From Alphaproteobacteria bacterium (lineage in GTDB: Bacteria; Pseudomonadota; Alphaproteobacteria; Rs-D84), in the NCBI GenBank assembly GCA_024402735.1, contig JAKSTE010000001.1:1-45623 (forward strand): a DNA stretch of 45,623 nt, in the 5' to 3' direction. The notes below the pieces were generated by a model. That model did not search any database and was not told where the DNA came from. It worked only from the letters and a program-made list of their open reading frames with translations. The translations under genes and the position numbers were made by a program. Within the stretch, counting starts at the first letter, position 1, and each line of letters starts with the position of its first letter. Below are positions 9,926-19,357 of the stretch, one piece after another.

Positions 9926-10221
9926 TATATAGATAATCTCCTAGGTATTTTATTTTTTATTAATTTTATATTAGATATAATAATTTGAGAAAGTTGAGGT
10001 TCTTTTTTTGAATAAAAACCTAGTATTGTATGTAATAAACATAATAATCCTATAAAAACAAGTGGTAATAACATAGGAATATTATGAGTAAATACTAAAA
10101 AAATAACCATAGTAACCATATAGGCTATAAAACATATAGCAAAATTTATTATAGCCAAAGTATAAGGAACATAAAATATACGTGGCGGATTTGCTAAAGC
10201 TTTTAGTATTTTTTGTCTCAA
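9925..10221 (-). CDS. virB3: Type IV secretion system protein VirB3
   Basis: 98 aa, LKALANPPRIFYVPYTLAIINF plus two TM helices. TTG start with AGGAG 7 nt upstream. Immediately precedes virB4. Confidence 0.75.
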   Translation of the reverse strand: MRQKILKALANPPRIFYVPYTLAIINFAICFIAYMVTMVIFLVFTHNIPMLLPLVFIGLLCLLHTILGFYSKKEPQLSQIIISNIKLIKNKIPRRLSI

Positions 10222-10242
10222 ATGCTCTCTCCTACGAGATTT

Positions 10243-10251
10243 ATTATAACA
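10243..10251 (-). promoter_or_regulatory. Extended -10 promoter (TGTTATAAT) for virB3-virB4
   Basis: The minus strand reads AAATTGTTATAATAAATC about 22 nt upstream of the TTG start. Confidence 0.3.
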
Positions 10252-10292
10252 ATTTCATTTTTTTTCAACAAGTATAAAAAATATATGTATAA

Positions 10293-10310
10293 AAATTGTT
10301 AAAATTGTTA
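10293..10310. repeat. Tandem 9-mer AAATTGTTA x2
   Basis: Exact adjacent copies at 10293-10301 and 10302-10310 in the 314-bp AT-rich intergenic region. Confidence 0.9.
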
Positions 10311-10399
10311 AAAACTACTATTTTATTAACATATTGAAAGTTAATAAAAATTATTAACATTTTTATAAAATATATTAGAAATCTAGGATTTTTTTGTTA

Positions 10400-10510
10400 A
10401 AAAACTGTTTATAAAAAGTTTAAAAAAGTTATCAACAATATTAACAGCTATAATAATAACAATAATAAAAATATAATAATTATTTGATTTTTCATAAAAA
10501 CTGTTTATAA
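10400..10510. repeat. 15-nt direct repeat AAAAACTGTTTATAA (10400-10414 and 10496-10510)
   Basis: Exact copies 96 bp apart. The second copy contains the likely rpmJ -10 (TATAAT at 10506-10511). Confidence 0.9.
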
Positions 10511-10535
10511 TCACCCTAGCAAAAAGGATAAAATT

Positions 10536-10670
10536 ATGAAATTTTTAAGTTCTTTAAAAGCTTGGAAAAAACGTGGAAATGTAAAACAAATTCGTCGTGG
10601 AAAACAAGTTATATTAATAGACCCTTCTAATCCAAAATTAAAAGCAAAACAAGGATTTAAGAAGAAATAA
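10536..10670 (+). CDS. rpmJ: 50S ribosomal protein L36 (alphaproteobacterial long type)
   Basis: Not in the ORF track. It translates MKFLSSLKAWKKRGNVKQIRRGKQVILIDPSNPKLKAKQGFKKK, matching the MK.R.SLK...R......RRKGR.Y.I....PR.KARQG pattern. AAGGA SD. Confidence 0.8.
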   Translation: MKFLSSLKAWKKRGNVKQIRRGKQVILIDPSNPKLKAKQGFKKK

Positions 10671-10700
10671 ACATATAAAATAAATATTTATATAGTTTTT

Positions 10701-10728
10701 ATACCCGTTTTGTCGGGTATTTTTTTTA
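10701..10728 (+). terminator. Rho-independent terminator after rpmJ
   Basis: ATACCCG-TTTTGT-CGGGTAT followed by T8. Confidence 0.6.
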
Positions 10729-10730
10729 AT

Positions 10731-11387
10731 TTATTCTTTTAAAAACGCTTCTTTTAAGATTTTTTTAGCACTTTTATTATCATAACCAGCATTATATAAA
10801 TATTCTATTTGTTCTTTATTTGGTTTATATAAAAAAGCAGAATGATTTGCTAATAAAGGAACTGATTTTATATTTTGTTTAGGTATTAATGTAACTATAG
10901 AAGTTTCTTCTGCCATAACACCTAAAGATATATCTGAATTACTATTTAAAGCTTTTTTAGATATTTCAGCATTAGTTAATAATTTAGTTATAGTTTTTTT
11001 ATCGGCTAATACTTTAGTTTTAGAATATATAGTTGTATCAGAATTAGAATGTTTACAATTTATATTTAATGTTAATTCTTTATAATTTTTTATAATATTA
11101 GTATTAATTATAGAACTATTTTTACCGGCATTTTCGATATTTATTTCTAAAAAAGCCGGCTTTTTATTTTTTATATTAACATTTATTTCTATTTTTGTAT
11201 TTTTAGCAGATAAATGTAAATTTATACACTTTTTACCGGTTATTTCACCTAAATATTGTATTTTTATAATTTCTTTATGTTGTTTTGTTATAGAAATTAA
11301 TTTTTTCTTTGTAAAATAATATATATCTTTAAAATCAGAATCTTTTCTGCATAATTTTCCATTTTCAAAATATATTATTTTAGACAT
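10731..11387 (-). CDS. Short divergent SufD/SufB-family-like protein (C-terminal beta-helix plus helical tail only)
   Basis: The C-terminus IPKQNIKSVPLLANHSAFLYKPNKEQIEYLYNAGYDNKSAKKILKEAFLKE aligns by eye with SufD ...P.LEI..DDV.CSHGATVG..D.EQ.FYL.SRG....A..M...AF..E. Confidence 0.4.
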   Translation of the reverse strand: MSKIIYFENGKLCRKDSDFKDIYYFTKKKLISITKQHKEIIKIQYLGEITGKKCINLHLSAKNTKIEINVNIKNKKPAFLEINIENAGKNSSIINTNIIKNYKELTLNINCKHSNSDTTIYSKTKVLADKKTITKLLTNAEISKKALNSNSDISLGVMAEETSIVTLIPKQNIKSVPLLANHSAFLYKPNKEQIEYLYNAGYDNKSAKKILKEAFLKE

Positions 11388-11472
11388 ATTTTTAATAAGT
11401 TAGTTGTTTTAATTATTTTATAATGTATTATATGCGTAATTTATATAATAAACAACAAATAATGGTGAAATT

Positions 11473-12552
11473 ATGGGATTTAATTGTGGAATAGTAGGAT
11501 TACCAAATGTAGGAAAATCTACATTATTTAATGCATTAACTCAAAGTGCTGCGGCAGACGCTCAAAATTATCCTTTTTGTACAATAGAACCTAATACTGG
11601 ACGTGTTGTTGTACCTGATCAAACTTTACATAATTTAGCTAATACAGCTGGTGCAGAACGTATAATACCAACTCAATTAGAAATAGTAGATATTGCTGGA
11701 TTGGTAAAAGGCGCTTCTGCTGGTGAAGGATTAGGAAATAAGTTTTTAGCTAATATATTATCAACAGATGCAATAATTCATGTTGTTAGATGTTTTGAAA
11801 ATGATGATATTGTTCATGTTAATGGAAAAATAGATCCTTTATCAGATATAGAAACAATAGAAACAGAATTAATGTTAGCAGATATAGAAAGTTTAGATAA
11901 TCAGATAAAAAAATTAGAAAAAAAAGTTCATGGTTTAGATAAAAATGCTGTTAAATTATTATCTGATGCAACTTCAATAAAAGAAAACCTAGAAAAATCT
12001 ATACCAGCAAGAATGCAAGATATAGATGCTACACCTTTTAATTTATTAACAAAAAAACCAGTTATTTATGTATGTAATGTAGAAGAAAGTTCTGCCGCTA
12101 CAGGAAATAAATATTCTGATGCAGTAAAAGAAAAATATGGACATATTGCTCCTGTTTTAATTATTTCTAGTAAAATAGAAATGGAAATAGCTCAAATAGT
12201 AGATCAAGAAGAAAGAAAAATGTTTCTTAATGAATTAGGTTTAAACGAATCAGGATTAGATCAGGTTATTCATACAGGATATGATACATTAGGATTACAA
12301 ACATTTTATACTGTTGGACCAAAAGAAGCTCATGCTTGGACTATTAATAAAGGTATGACAGCACCTCAAGCTGCTGGAAAAATACATAGTGATTTTGAAA
12401 GAGGTTTTATTAGAGCTGAAATAATATCACCAAGTGACTATATAGAACTCGGAGGAGAAGTTGCTGTTAAAGAAGCAGGAAAAATGAGATTAGTTGGAAA
12501 AGAATATATAATGCAAGATGGTGATATATGTCATTTCTTATTTAATGTTTAA
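11473..12552 (+). CDS. ychF: Ribosome-binding ATPase YchF
   Basis: GIVGLPNVGKST, FCTIEPN, DIAGLVKGAS, TGS-like C-terminus. Confidence 0.9.
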   Translation: MGFNCGIVGLPNVGKSTLFNALTQSAAADAQNYPFCTIEPNTGRVVVPDQTLHNLANTAGAERIIPTQLEIVDIAGLVKGASAGEGLGNKFLANILSTDAIIHVVRCFENDDIVHVNGKIDPLSDIETIETELMLADIESLDNQIKKLEKKVHGLDKNAVKLLSDATSIKENLEKSIPARMQDIDATPFNLLTKKPVIYVCNVEESSAATGNKYSDAVKEKYGHIAPVLIISSKIEMEIAQIVDQEERKMFLNELGLNESGLDQVIHTGYDTLGLQTFYTVGPKEAHAWTINKGMTAPQAAGKIHSDFERGFIRAEIISPSDYIELGGEVAVKEAGKMRLVGKEYIMQDGDICHFLFNV

Positions 12553-12577
12553 AAAACCGGTATTTACCGGTTTTTTT
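12551..12577. terminator. Bidirectional terminator between ychF and dnaG
   Basis: AAAAAACCGGTATTTACCGGTTTTTTT. Confidence 0.6.
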
Positions 12578-14198
12578 AATCGTTATTTATTAAAATTTCT
12601 AAATATTTTTTAGTTTTTTCTATTTCTAAATTTAAATTATCTAATTCTTTTTTTATAGAAACATCATTATTTAATAACAATTTATTAGTTAGTTCTTTTT
12701 GTTTTAATAATAATGTGTCTAAATTTCTTTTTATTTGTATAGAAATTATACTATTTTCAGCATCTTTTAGAGATAAGTTTGTTTTTTGTACTTCTTCATC
12801 AAAGTTTATTTTAAGAGATGTTAAAAAATCTACATATTTTTCAGCTAATTCTGGATATGTTTGAATTATAGATTGAATATTTTTTATCATATTATTATCT
12901 ATATCCGGAACTTCTATTTCTTGTTCATATTTTTTTAATTTCCAATTATGCCATTCATTAAATTTTCTACTATTAAAATCTTGTTCTATTTCATTTTGAA
13001 ATATTTTGTCAGTTATTTTAGATAAGCTTTCTTTTAAAAATTTTTCAGCTTGAGATCTTCCTGCTGGTGTAGATATAGAATAATTTTCATTAGTTATTTT
13101 CCATAAAAAATCTATTAAAGATAAAGCATTATCTATAATTTTTTTCATAGCACTTTCGCCCGATGTTTTTAAAATTTCATCAGGATCTTTACCACCTGTT
13201 ACAAAAGCGAATTTTACATCAGATTTATCTCGTAAAAATGGTAAGACTAAATTGCAAGCTCTAGTTGCTGCTTTTTTACCAGCATTATCACCATCAAAAC
13301 AAAAAATTATATTTCTATTAGATTTACATAATATAGCTATATGATCTTCTGTTAAAGCTGTACCTAGAGGAGCTACTGTCTCTGGGAAACCATGATTTTG
13401 CATTTGTATAGCATCTATTTGGCCTTCGACAATAATACTTCTATTTTTTTGATGAATAGCTTCTCTAGCAAAATTAAAACCAAAAATAGTTTGTCTTTTA
13501 TGAAATAATTCTGTATCTGTTGTGTTTATATATTTTGGTTCTGTACCGTCTAAACTACGACCAGAAAAAGCAACAATTTGATTATGTGCGTTAAATATAG
13601 GAAACATTAATTTATGACGAAAAAAATCATAAAGACCATAATCCCCTTCTCTGACTAAACCAGTTGATATTAATTTTTCTTTTTTTATATCAGAGAATTT
13701 AGAAGAAATAATATTATTTTTAGGTGCATAACCTATACGATATTTTTTTATCATTTCATCAGAAAAACCACGTTTTTTTATATAATCTAAAGCGTCTTTT
13801 CCTGATTCTGTATATAATAAATCTTGATATATTTTAGCTGCATCATCTGTTATTTTTATATATGTTTGTTCTAGTTCTATTTGTTCTGAAGTTTTTTGTT
13901 TTACTTCTGGTAACTTTAATCCTGCTAAATCAGCTAATTCTTTTATTGCTGTTTTAAAATCGACATTTTCTGTTTTCATAACAAAAGAGATAATATCGCC
14001 ATGTTCACCACAACCAAAACAATGATAATATCCTTTTTCTTCTGAAATGGAAAAAGAAGGTGTTTTTTCATTATGAAAAGGACAACAACCCCAATAATTA
14101 TTTCCCTTTTTTACCAATGATACACGACGAGATATAACATCTACTAAAGATAATCTAGCTCTCAATTCATCGGTAAAAGAGTTGTCGTATTTAGCCAA
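12576..14198 (-). CDS. dnaG: DNA primase
   Basis: Zn finger CPFHNEKTPSF...CFGCG, TOPRIM EGQIDA...DGDNAGKKA. TTG start. Confidence 0.9.
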   Translation of the reverse strand: MAKYDNSFTDELRARLSLVDVISRRVSLVKKGNNYWGCCPFHNEKTPSFSISEEKGYYHCFGCGEHGDIISFVMKTENVDFKTAIKELADLAGLKLPEVKQKTSEQIELEQTYIKITDDAAKIYQDLLYTESGKDALDYIKKRGFSDEMIKKYRIGYAPKNNIISSKFSDIKKEKLISTGLVREGDYGLYDFFRHKLMFPIFNAHNQIVAFSGRSLDGTEPKYINTTDTELFHKRQTIFGFNFAREAIHQKNRSIIVEGQIDAIQMQNHGFPETVAPLGTALTEDHIAILCKSNRNIIFCFDGDNAGKKAATRACNLVLPFLRDKSDVKFAFVTGGKDPDEILKTSGESAMKKIIDNALSLIDFLWKITNENYSISTPAGRSQAEKFLKESLSKITDKIFQNEIEQDFNSRKFNEWHNWKLKKYEQEIEVPDIDNNMIKNIQSIIQTYPELAEKYVDFLTSLKINFDEEVQKTNLSLKDAENSIISIQIKRNLDTLLLKQKELTNKLLLNNDVSIKKELDNLNLEIEKTKKYLEILINND

Positions 14199-14200
14199 GT

Positions 14201-16444
14201 TTATTTATACCTTTTTTTAAATTTAAATTTAGAATTTTTTTTATTTGTTATTAAATCAATTGCTTCACTTAGACTAGGTTGTTCTTTCACAGATACATTA
14301 ACACGGTTAGAAGATATATAAGGGCCATATCTTCCTTCTGAATAATAATAAATAGCTTTATCTGTTTCTGGGTTTTTTCCTAATAAAATCCCTTCTGATT
14401 TTTTTGTTTTTTTGCTTAATAATTCTTCTGCTATTTCTAGTGTAATAGTTTCAGGTGTATATCCTTTAGCGGATATATTATTTTCACCATCAGAAATATA
14501 AGGACCAAATTTTCCTGTAGGATAAAATGTAATTTTTTCATTCAATTGTACAGGTGTTTTATCTTCTGATAAATTATTAGTGTTATTTATAAATTCGTCT
14601 ATTTTTACAGTAAAATTACATTTTGGATAATCAGAACAACCTATAAATGCACCATATTTTGATAGTTTTATTCCTAGTTTTTCGCCACATTTTGGACAAA
14701 TATTAGGTGTTTTTATAAAAATATGATCATTCATAAATTTATTAATCCAATCAATTATTTCTGTTGTTTTTACACCTTTTGCAGAATCAATCATTTTTTC
14801 TGTAGGTTTCCAAAAGTTTTGTAATGCGGATAATTTATCTTTTTTACCATTTGATACATCATCTAGGGTGTCTTCTGTTTTTGCTGTAAAATTAACATCC
14901 ACAAAATCAGAAAAATATTTAGATAGATATGCAGTTATTATCCACCCACCAGTTGTAGGGTGAAAACGGTGTTGTTTATCTTGTTCTACATATTTTCTAT
15001 CTACTATAGTAGACATAATAGTTGCGTAAGTTGAAGGACGACCTATACCTAATTCTTCCAATTTTTTTACTAAAGAGGCCTCTGTATATCTTGCTGGAGG
15101 TTGGGTAAAATGTTGTTCAGATATTAATGATTTTATATTTATAGAATCTTTAATGTTTAATTCTGGAAGTTTTATTTCTCCATCTTCATTTTCATCATCT
15201 ATATCTTCTATGTATACTTTCATAAAACCATCAAATATTCTTGTCGTTCCAACACAATGAAATGTTAGTTTTTTAACATCAATATCTACAGCAACAGAAT
15301 CAAATTCTGCGTTACACATTTGACAAGCTATTGTTCTCTTCCATATTAAATCATATAGTTTTGCTTCATCATCTGATAAATCCGGTTTGTTTTCCAGAAA
15401 ATGTGTTGGTCTTATAGCTTCATGTGCTTCTTGGGCGTTTTTAGATTTAGTTATATAAACATTTGGTTTTGAAGGAATGAAATTTTTACCATATTCTTGA
15501 GATATATATTCACGAATTTCTTTGATGGCCTCTTCTGATAAGTTTGTGGCATCTGTTCTCATATATGTAATAAAACCTTTTTCATATAATTTTTGAGCTG
15601 TTGCCATAGTTCTTTTTGATGAAAAATATAATTTACGTGCAGCCTCTTGTTGAAGAGTTGATGTTGTAAATGGAGCAGCCGCATGTCTTTGTGTTTTTTT
15701 CTTGTCTATTTGAGAAACAATACCAGTAGTAGGTGTTGAAACTTCTTTTAAAATATCATCAACCATAGATTTGTTTTCTATAGTTAACTTTTCTATTTTT
15801 TTACCGTTAACCTTAGAAAGGTTTGCTTTAAATTTAACTTTATTATAATCACATTCTGCGTCTATAGACCAATATTCAACAGGTTTAAAAGCTTCTATTT
15901 CTTTTTCTCTATCCACAACTATTTTTACAGCAACGGATTGAACCCTACCTGCAGATTTTCCTAAATTACGTTTCCATAATAAAGGTGATACACTAAAACC
16001 TATTAAATAATCTAATGCTCTTCTAACAATATATGCATCCACCAAATCGGTATCTATTTCTCGCGGATGCTTTATTGCTTCCATAACAGCATTTTTGGTG
16101 ATTTCATGAAAAGCTACACGATAAACAGGTTTTTTACCCAAGACATTACGCTCAGTTAGTATATTATTAATATGCCAAGCTATGGCTTCTCCTTCACGAT
16201 CAGGATCCGAAGCTAAATATATAGCATCTGCTTTTTTTAATTCGTCTATAATAAGTTTTAGTTGTTTTTCTTTACCGGGCATAATTTGCCAACGCATTTC
16301 AAAGTCGTTTGAGGTATCTACACTTCCTGTTTCTGGAACTAAATCACGTACGTGTCCTATTGAAGCAATAACCCTCCATTCTTTTCCAAGATATTTTTCA
16401 ATAGTTTTTGCTTTAGAAGGAGACTCAACGATTAGTAAATTCAT
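14201..16444 (-). CDS. topA: DNA topoisomerase I
   Basis: LLIVESPSKAKTI, DPDREGEAI, GFITYMRTD active-site Tyr region, C-terminal Zn ribbon CPKCGEK...CSDYPKC. Confidence 0.9.
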   Translation of the reverse strand: MNLLIVESPSKAKTIEKYLGKEWRVIASIGHVRDLVPETGSVDTSNDFEMRWQIMPGKEKQLKLIIDELKKADAIYLASDPDREGEAIAWHINNILTERNVLGKKPVYRVAFHEITKNAVMEAIKHPREIDTDLVDAYIVRRALDYLIGFSVSPLLWKRNLGKSAGRVQSVAVKIVVDREKEIEAFKPVEYWSIDAECDYNKVKFKANLSKVNGKKIEKLTIENKSMVDDILKEVSTPTTGIVSQIDKKKTQRHAAAPFTTSTLQQEAARKLYFSSKRTMATAQKLYEKGFITYMRTDATNLSEEAIKEIREYISQEYGKNFIPSKPNVYITKSKNAQEAHEAIRPTHFLENKPDLSDDEAKLYDLIWKRTIACQMCNAEFDSVAVDIDVKKLTFHCVGTTRIFDGFMKVYIEDIDDENEDGEIKLPELNIKDSINIKSLISEQHFTQPPARYTEASLVKKLEELGIGRPSTYATIMSTIVDRKYVEQDKQHRFHPTTGGWIITAYLSKYFSDFVDVNFTAKTEDTLDDVSNGKKDKLSALQNFWKPTEKMIDSAKGVKTTEIIDWINKFMNDHIFIKTPNICPKCGEKLGIKLSKYGAFIGCSDYPKCNFTVKIDEFINNTNNLSEDKTPVQLNEKITFYPTGKFGPYISDGENNISAKGYTPETITLEIAEELLSKKTKKSEGILLGKNPETDKAIYYYSEGRYGPYISSNRVNVSVKEQPSLSEAIDLITNKKNSKFKFKKRYK

Positions 16445-16446
16445 TT

Positions 16447-17592
16447 TTAAAACCCTTTAGACGATAATTGTTGGTCTTTGTGGATGCGAGCATTTTGACA
16501 TAAACCAAACCCAAACATTAAAGATATCAAACTACTTCCGCCAAAAGACATCAATGGTAAAGGCACACCTACGGTTGGTAACAAGCCTAAAACCATGGAT
16601 ATATTTATAAAGTAATAAATGAAAAAGTTCAACATAAAACCAAAACATACCAATTGCCCAAATCTATTTCGGCATGTTTTTGCTGTCCAAAAAAGTATAA
16701 TAATAATAAATGTATATATTAATAATAAGAAGAATGCACCAAGAAAACCAAATTCTTCACCAAACATTGTAAAAATAAAATCAGTTTGTTTTTCTGGTAA
16801 AAAAGATTGTTGAGATTGTGTACCGGATAAATATCCCTTTCCTAAAAAGCCACCACTACCAAAAGCTATTTTTGCTTGTGTTATTTGGTAGCCTGCTCCT
16901 TGTACATCATTTTCGGGGTTTATAAAAGTAATAATTCTTTCTCTTTGATAATCATGCATTCCACCAAACCAAACAACTGGCGCGGAGACCAAAGCTAAGA
17001 TAGCGGCTATAATAAACCATTTTTTATTTGCTCCGACTATATAGAAAATACCAAGACTAATTAATGCTAGAGAAATAGCTGTTCCTAAATCTGGTTGAGC
17101 AACAATTAACCCAAAAGGAACAAATAACATAATTAATGGAATGATATAATTTTTAAATTGGGTTAATTCTACAGAGTTCATCCATGCAAAATAACGTGCT
17201 AATGCTAACACTAAAGCAATTTTTATAAATTCTGATGGTTGAATATTAATAAATCCTAACGATAACCATCGTTGAGCCCCCATTCCTGTAAAGCCGACAA
17301 AAGTAACTAAAATTATAAACAATAAAGCAATAGCATAAATAACATATGCTGATTTAATCCAGGTTTTTATATTAGAAAACGCTGCAAAAAAGAAAACACC
17401 AAGCCCCAAAAAGATTTTTAATAATTGAGATAAGGCATAAGGTTGCCAATTACCACCACCAGCAGAAAACAAAACCAAAACAGATATTCCTAATACAGCA
17501 CATATAGATATAAAAATAGGCCAAGAAAAACGTTCAAGTTTTTCAGAAAAACTCATCATATTTGCATTAGAAACACGAGTCATATTAGCCAT
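16447..17592 (-). CDS. rodA: Peptidoglycan glycosyltransferase RodA (SEDS family)
   Basis: Polytopic FtsW/RodA motifs (QPSEF.K, PE..TDFIF, GLLPTVGVPLPLMSFGGSS). Overlaps and follows mrdA. Confidence 0.85.
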   Translation of the reverse strand: MANMTRVSNANMMSFSEKLERFSWPIFISICAVLGISVLVLFSAGGGNWQPYALSQLLKIFLGLGVFFFAAFSNIKTWIKSAYVIYAIALLFIILVTFVGFTGMGAQRWLSLGFINIQPSEFIKIALVLALARYFAWMNSVELTQFKNYIIPLIMLFVPFGLIVAQPDLGTAISLALISLGIFYIVGANKKWFIIAAILALVSAPVVWFGGMHDYQRERIITFINPENDVQGAGYQITQAKIAFGSGGFLGKGYLSGTQSQQSFLPEKQTDFIFTMFGEEFGFLGAFFLLLIYTFIIIILFWTAKTCRNRFGQLVCFGFMLNFFIYYFINISMVLGLLPTVGVPLPLMSFGGSSLISLMFGFGLCQNARIHKDQQLSSKGF

Positions 17593-19357
17593 TTGTTAAT
17601 AATTCCTTTAACATATTAGCTGCTGTTCTAGCCGCTGGACCGCTTCCACCAGAGTGTTCTGTAATAACACAAACTGCGTATTTCGGGTTGTTTGTAGGCG
17701 CATATCCAACAAACAATCCGTGATTTCTTAAATTCCATTTTAGCTGATCGTTTGTTAGCACACCGGTTTGACGTTCTGATTTAGAAATACTACGAACCTG
17801 AGAAGTTCCTGTTTTACCACCCATTCTTTTACCGTTAACATTTATCGCACTTCCGGCAGCTGTCCCACCTTTTTTGGTAACCTGTTCTAGACCATTTAAT
17901 ACATGTTTAATATTTTTTTGTTGTATACCAAGTGTCTTAAATTTTTGGTTTTTCTCAGAAAAAATCAAATGAGGTGTAACTTTTTTATTAGATGCAACAC
18001 GTGCCATCATAGTTGCTAGTTGAAGACAGTTTGTTAGTGTGTATCCTTGGCCTATTCCTGAAATAATTGTATCTCCGTGTACCCAATTATATCCGATGTT
18101 TTTTTCTTTCCAATGTCTATCAGGAAGTATACCAGCCATTTCGTTTGTAAATATTCCATCTAAATATTTTTGGTTTAACCCTAATTTCAAAGCCATTTCT
18201 TTTATGGCGTCTATACCGATTCTAAGAGCAACTTGATAAAAATAAACGTCACAAGAATGTTTTAATGCCCCAGTAAGGTCTTCCCATCCATGACCTTTTG
18301 GCTCCCAACAATGATATTTGTGATTTCCATATTCCCAATATCCAGGACAAAAGATTTTTTCTGTTGGTGTAATAGCGCCAGCTTCGAGGGCAGCTAAAGC
18401 AACAATTATTTTAAATGTTGATCCTGGTGGATATAAACCTTCTATGGTTTTATTCATAAATGGTTTAGCAATATCTGATAATAAAGAAGCTATATATTCT
18501 TCCCCGTCATCTTTTTCAAAAATATTTGGATCAAAACTAGGTGTAGATGCCATGGCTAACATAGAACCTGAAACTATATCTAAAGCTACACCACACCCTG
18601 CTTTATTTATCACTAATGAATCATATAAAATTTTTTGAACGTTTTCTTTTATGGTTATTTTTAAATCAGATCCTATTTGAGAAGGTATGTGTTGAGACTT
18701 GTCTTCGCCGGTTATTCTACCCAAAGCATTAGTTAACATAACTGTTTGTCCTGGGGTTCCAGACAAAATATCATTAAATTGTTTTTCTAGTCCGGATATT
18801 CCTGTTGTAAAGAATGGAGCGTTAGGAACTGGTTTTTTGGGTTCTCCAACATATCCAAAAATTTGTGCTCCAGCAGGCCCCATTTCGTATACTCTAGAAA
18901 AGCCATTATAAATGTGTAAACCAGGAATGTTTTTTGCAGACAGTTGAGCTAATTTATTCCAATTATGATTTTCACCAATTAATACAGGTTGAAAAGATCT
19001 TTGTTTTTTTATAGTTCGCCAAATTCTATCAATAGATTTCTTTTTTAATTTTAAATGATTGGCAACAGTTTGTACTAGATTGTCTAAATTATCAGATTCT
19101 TCAGGAATAATATATATTCTGTAAGTCTGAGTGTCTCTAGAAATAATATTTCCCGATCCGGATATAATATTACCTCGTTGAGGCATATTTATTTGAATTC
19201 TAAAAGAATTGCTTTCGCTTTTTTTGGTGTAGTCTTTGAAATCAAAAACTTGCATTTGTAACATTCTTAAAACCAATACAGAAGTTAAAACAGCTCCACC
19301 TGCTAAAAATAAAGCACTACGTCTATCAAAAGTTTGAGCAACCTCTGTATCTATCAT
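17585..19357 (-). CDS. mrdA: Penicillin-binding protein 2 (elongasome transpeptidase)
   Basis: STFK active site (PGSTFK), SCD (HSCDVY), KTGTS. Located between mreD and rodA. Confidence 0.9.
   Translation of the reverse strand: MIDTEVAQTFDRRSALFLAGGAVLTSVLVLRMLQMQVFDFKDYTKKSESNSFRIQINMPQRGNIISGSGNIISRDTQTYRIYIIPEESDNLDNLVQTVANHLKLKKKSIDRIWRTIKKQRSFQPVLIGENHNWNKLAQLSAKNIPGLHIYNGFSRVYEMGPAGAQIFGYVGEPKKPVPNAPFFTTGISGLEKQFNDILSGTPGQTVMLTNALGRITGEDKSQHIPSQIGSDLKITIKENVQKILYDSLVINKAGCGVALDIVSGSMLAMASTPSFDPNIFEKDDGEEYIASLLSDIAKPFMNKTIEGLYPPGSTFKIIVALAALEAGAITPTEKIFCPGYWEYGNHKYHCWEPKGHGWEDLTGALKHSCDVYFYQVALRIGIDAIKEMALKLGLNQKYLDGIFTNEMAGILPDRHWKEKNIGYNWVHGDTIISGIGQGYTLTNCLQLATMMARVASNKKVTPHLIFSEKNQKFKTLGIQQKNIKHVLNGLEQVTKKGGTAAGSAINVNGKRMGGKTGTSQVRSISKSERQTGVLTNDQLKWNLRNHGLFVGYAPTNNPKYAVCVITEHSGGSGPAARTAANMLKELLTNG

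Noticed and set aside
10293-10310. Possible CRISPR or other spacer-repeat array in the window.
   Set aside because: Only two adjacent 9-mers and one 15-mer pair exist. There is no regular repeat-spacer periodicity and no cas genes.
10429-10437. DnaA-box-like TTATCAACA inside the 314-bp AT-rich region, suggesting a possible oriC.
   Set aside because: It is a single one-mismatch box with no cluster of boxes. There is no dnaA/dnaN nearby, since recF here is detached from them. The region is adequately explained as a divergent promoter region.
10448-10495. Minus-strand mini-ORF MKNQIIIIFLLLLLL in the AT-rich spacer, another run of Ile codons.
   Set aside because: It has no SD, no following structure and no cognate downstream gene. 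It shows how easily ATA/ATT runs arise by chance in this composition, and it serves as a caution for the ileS leader call.
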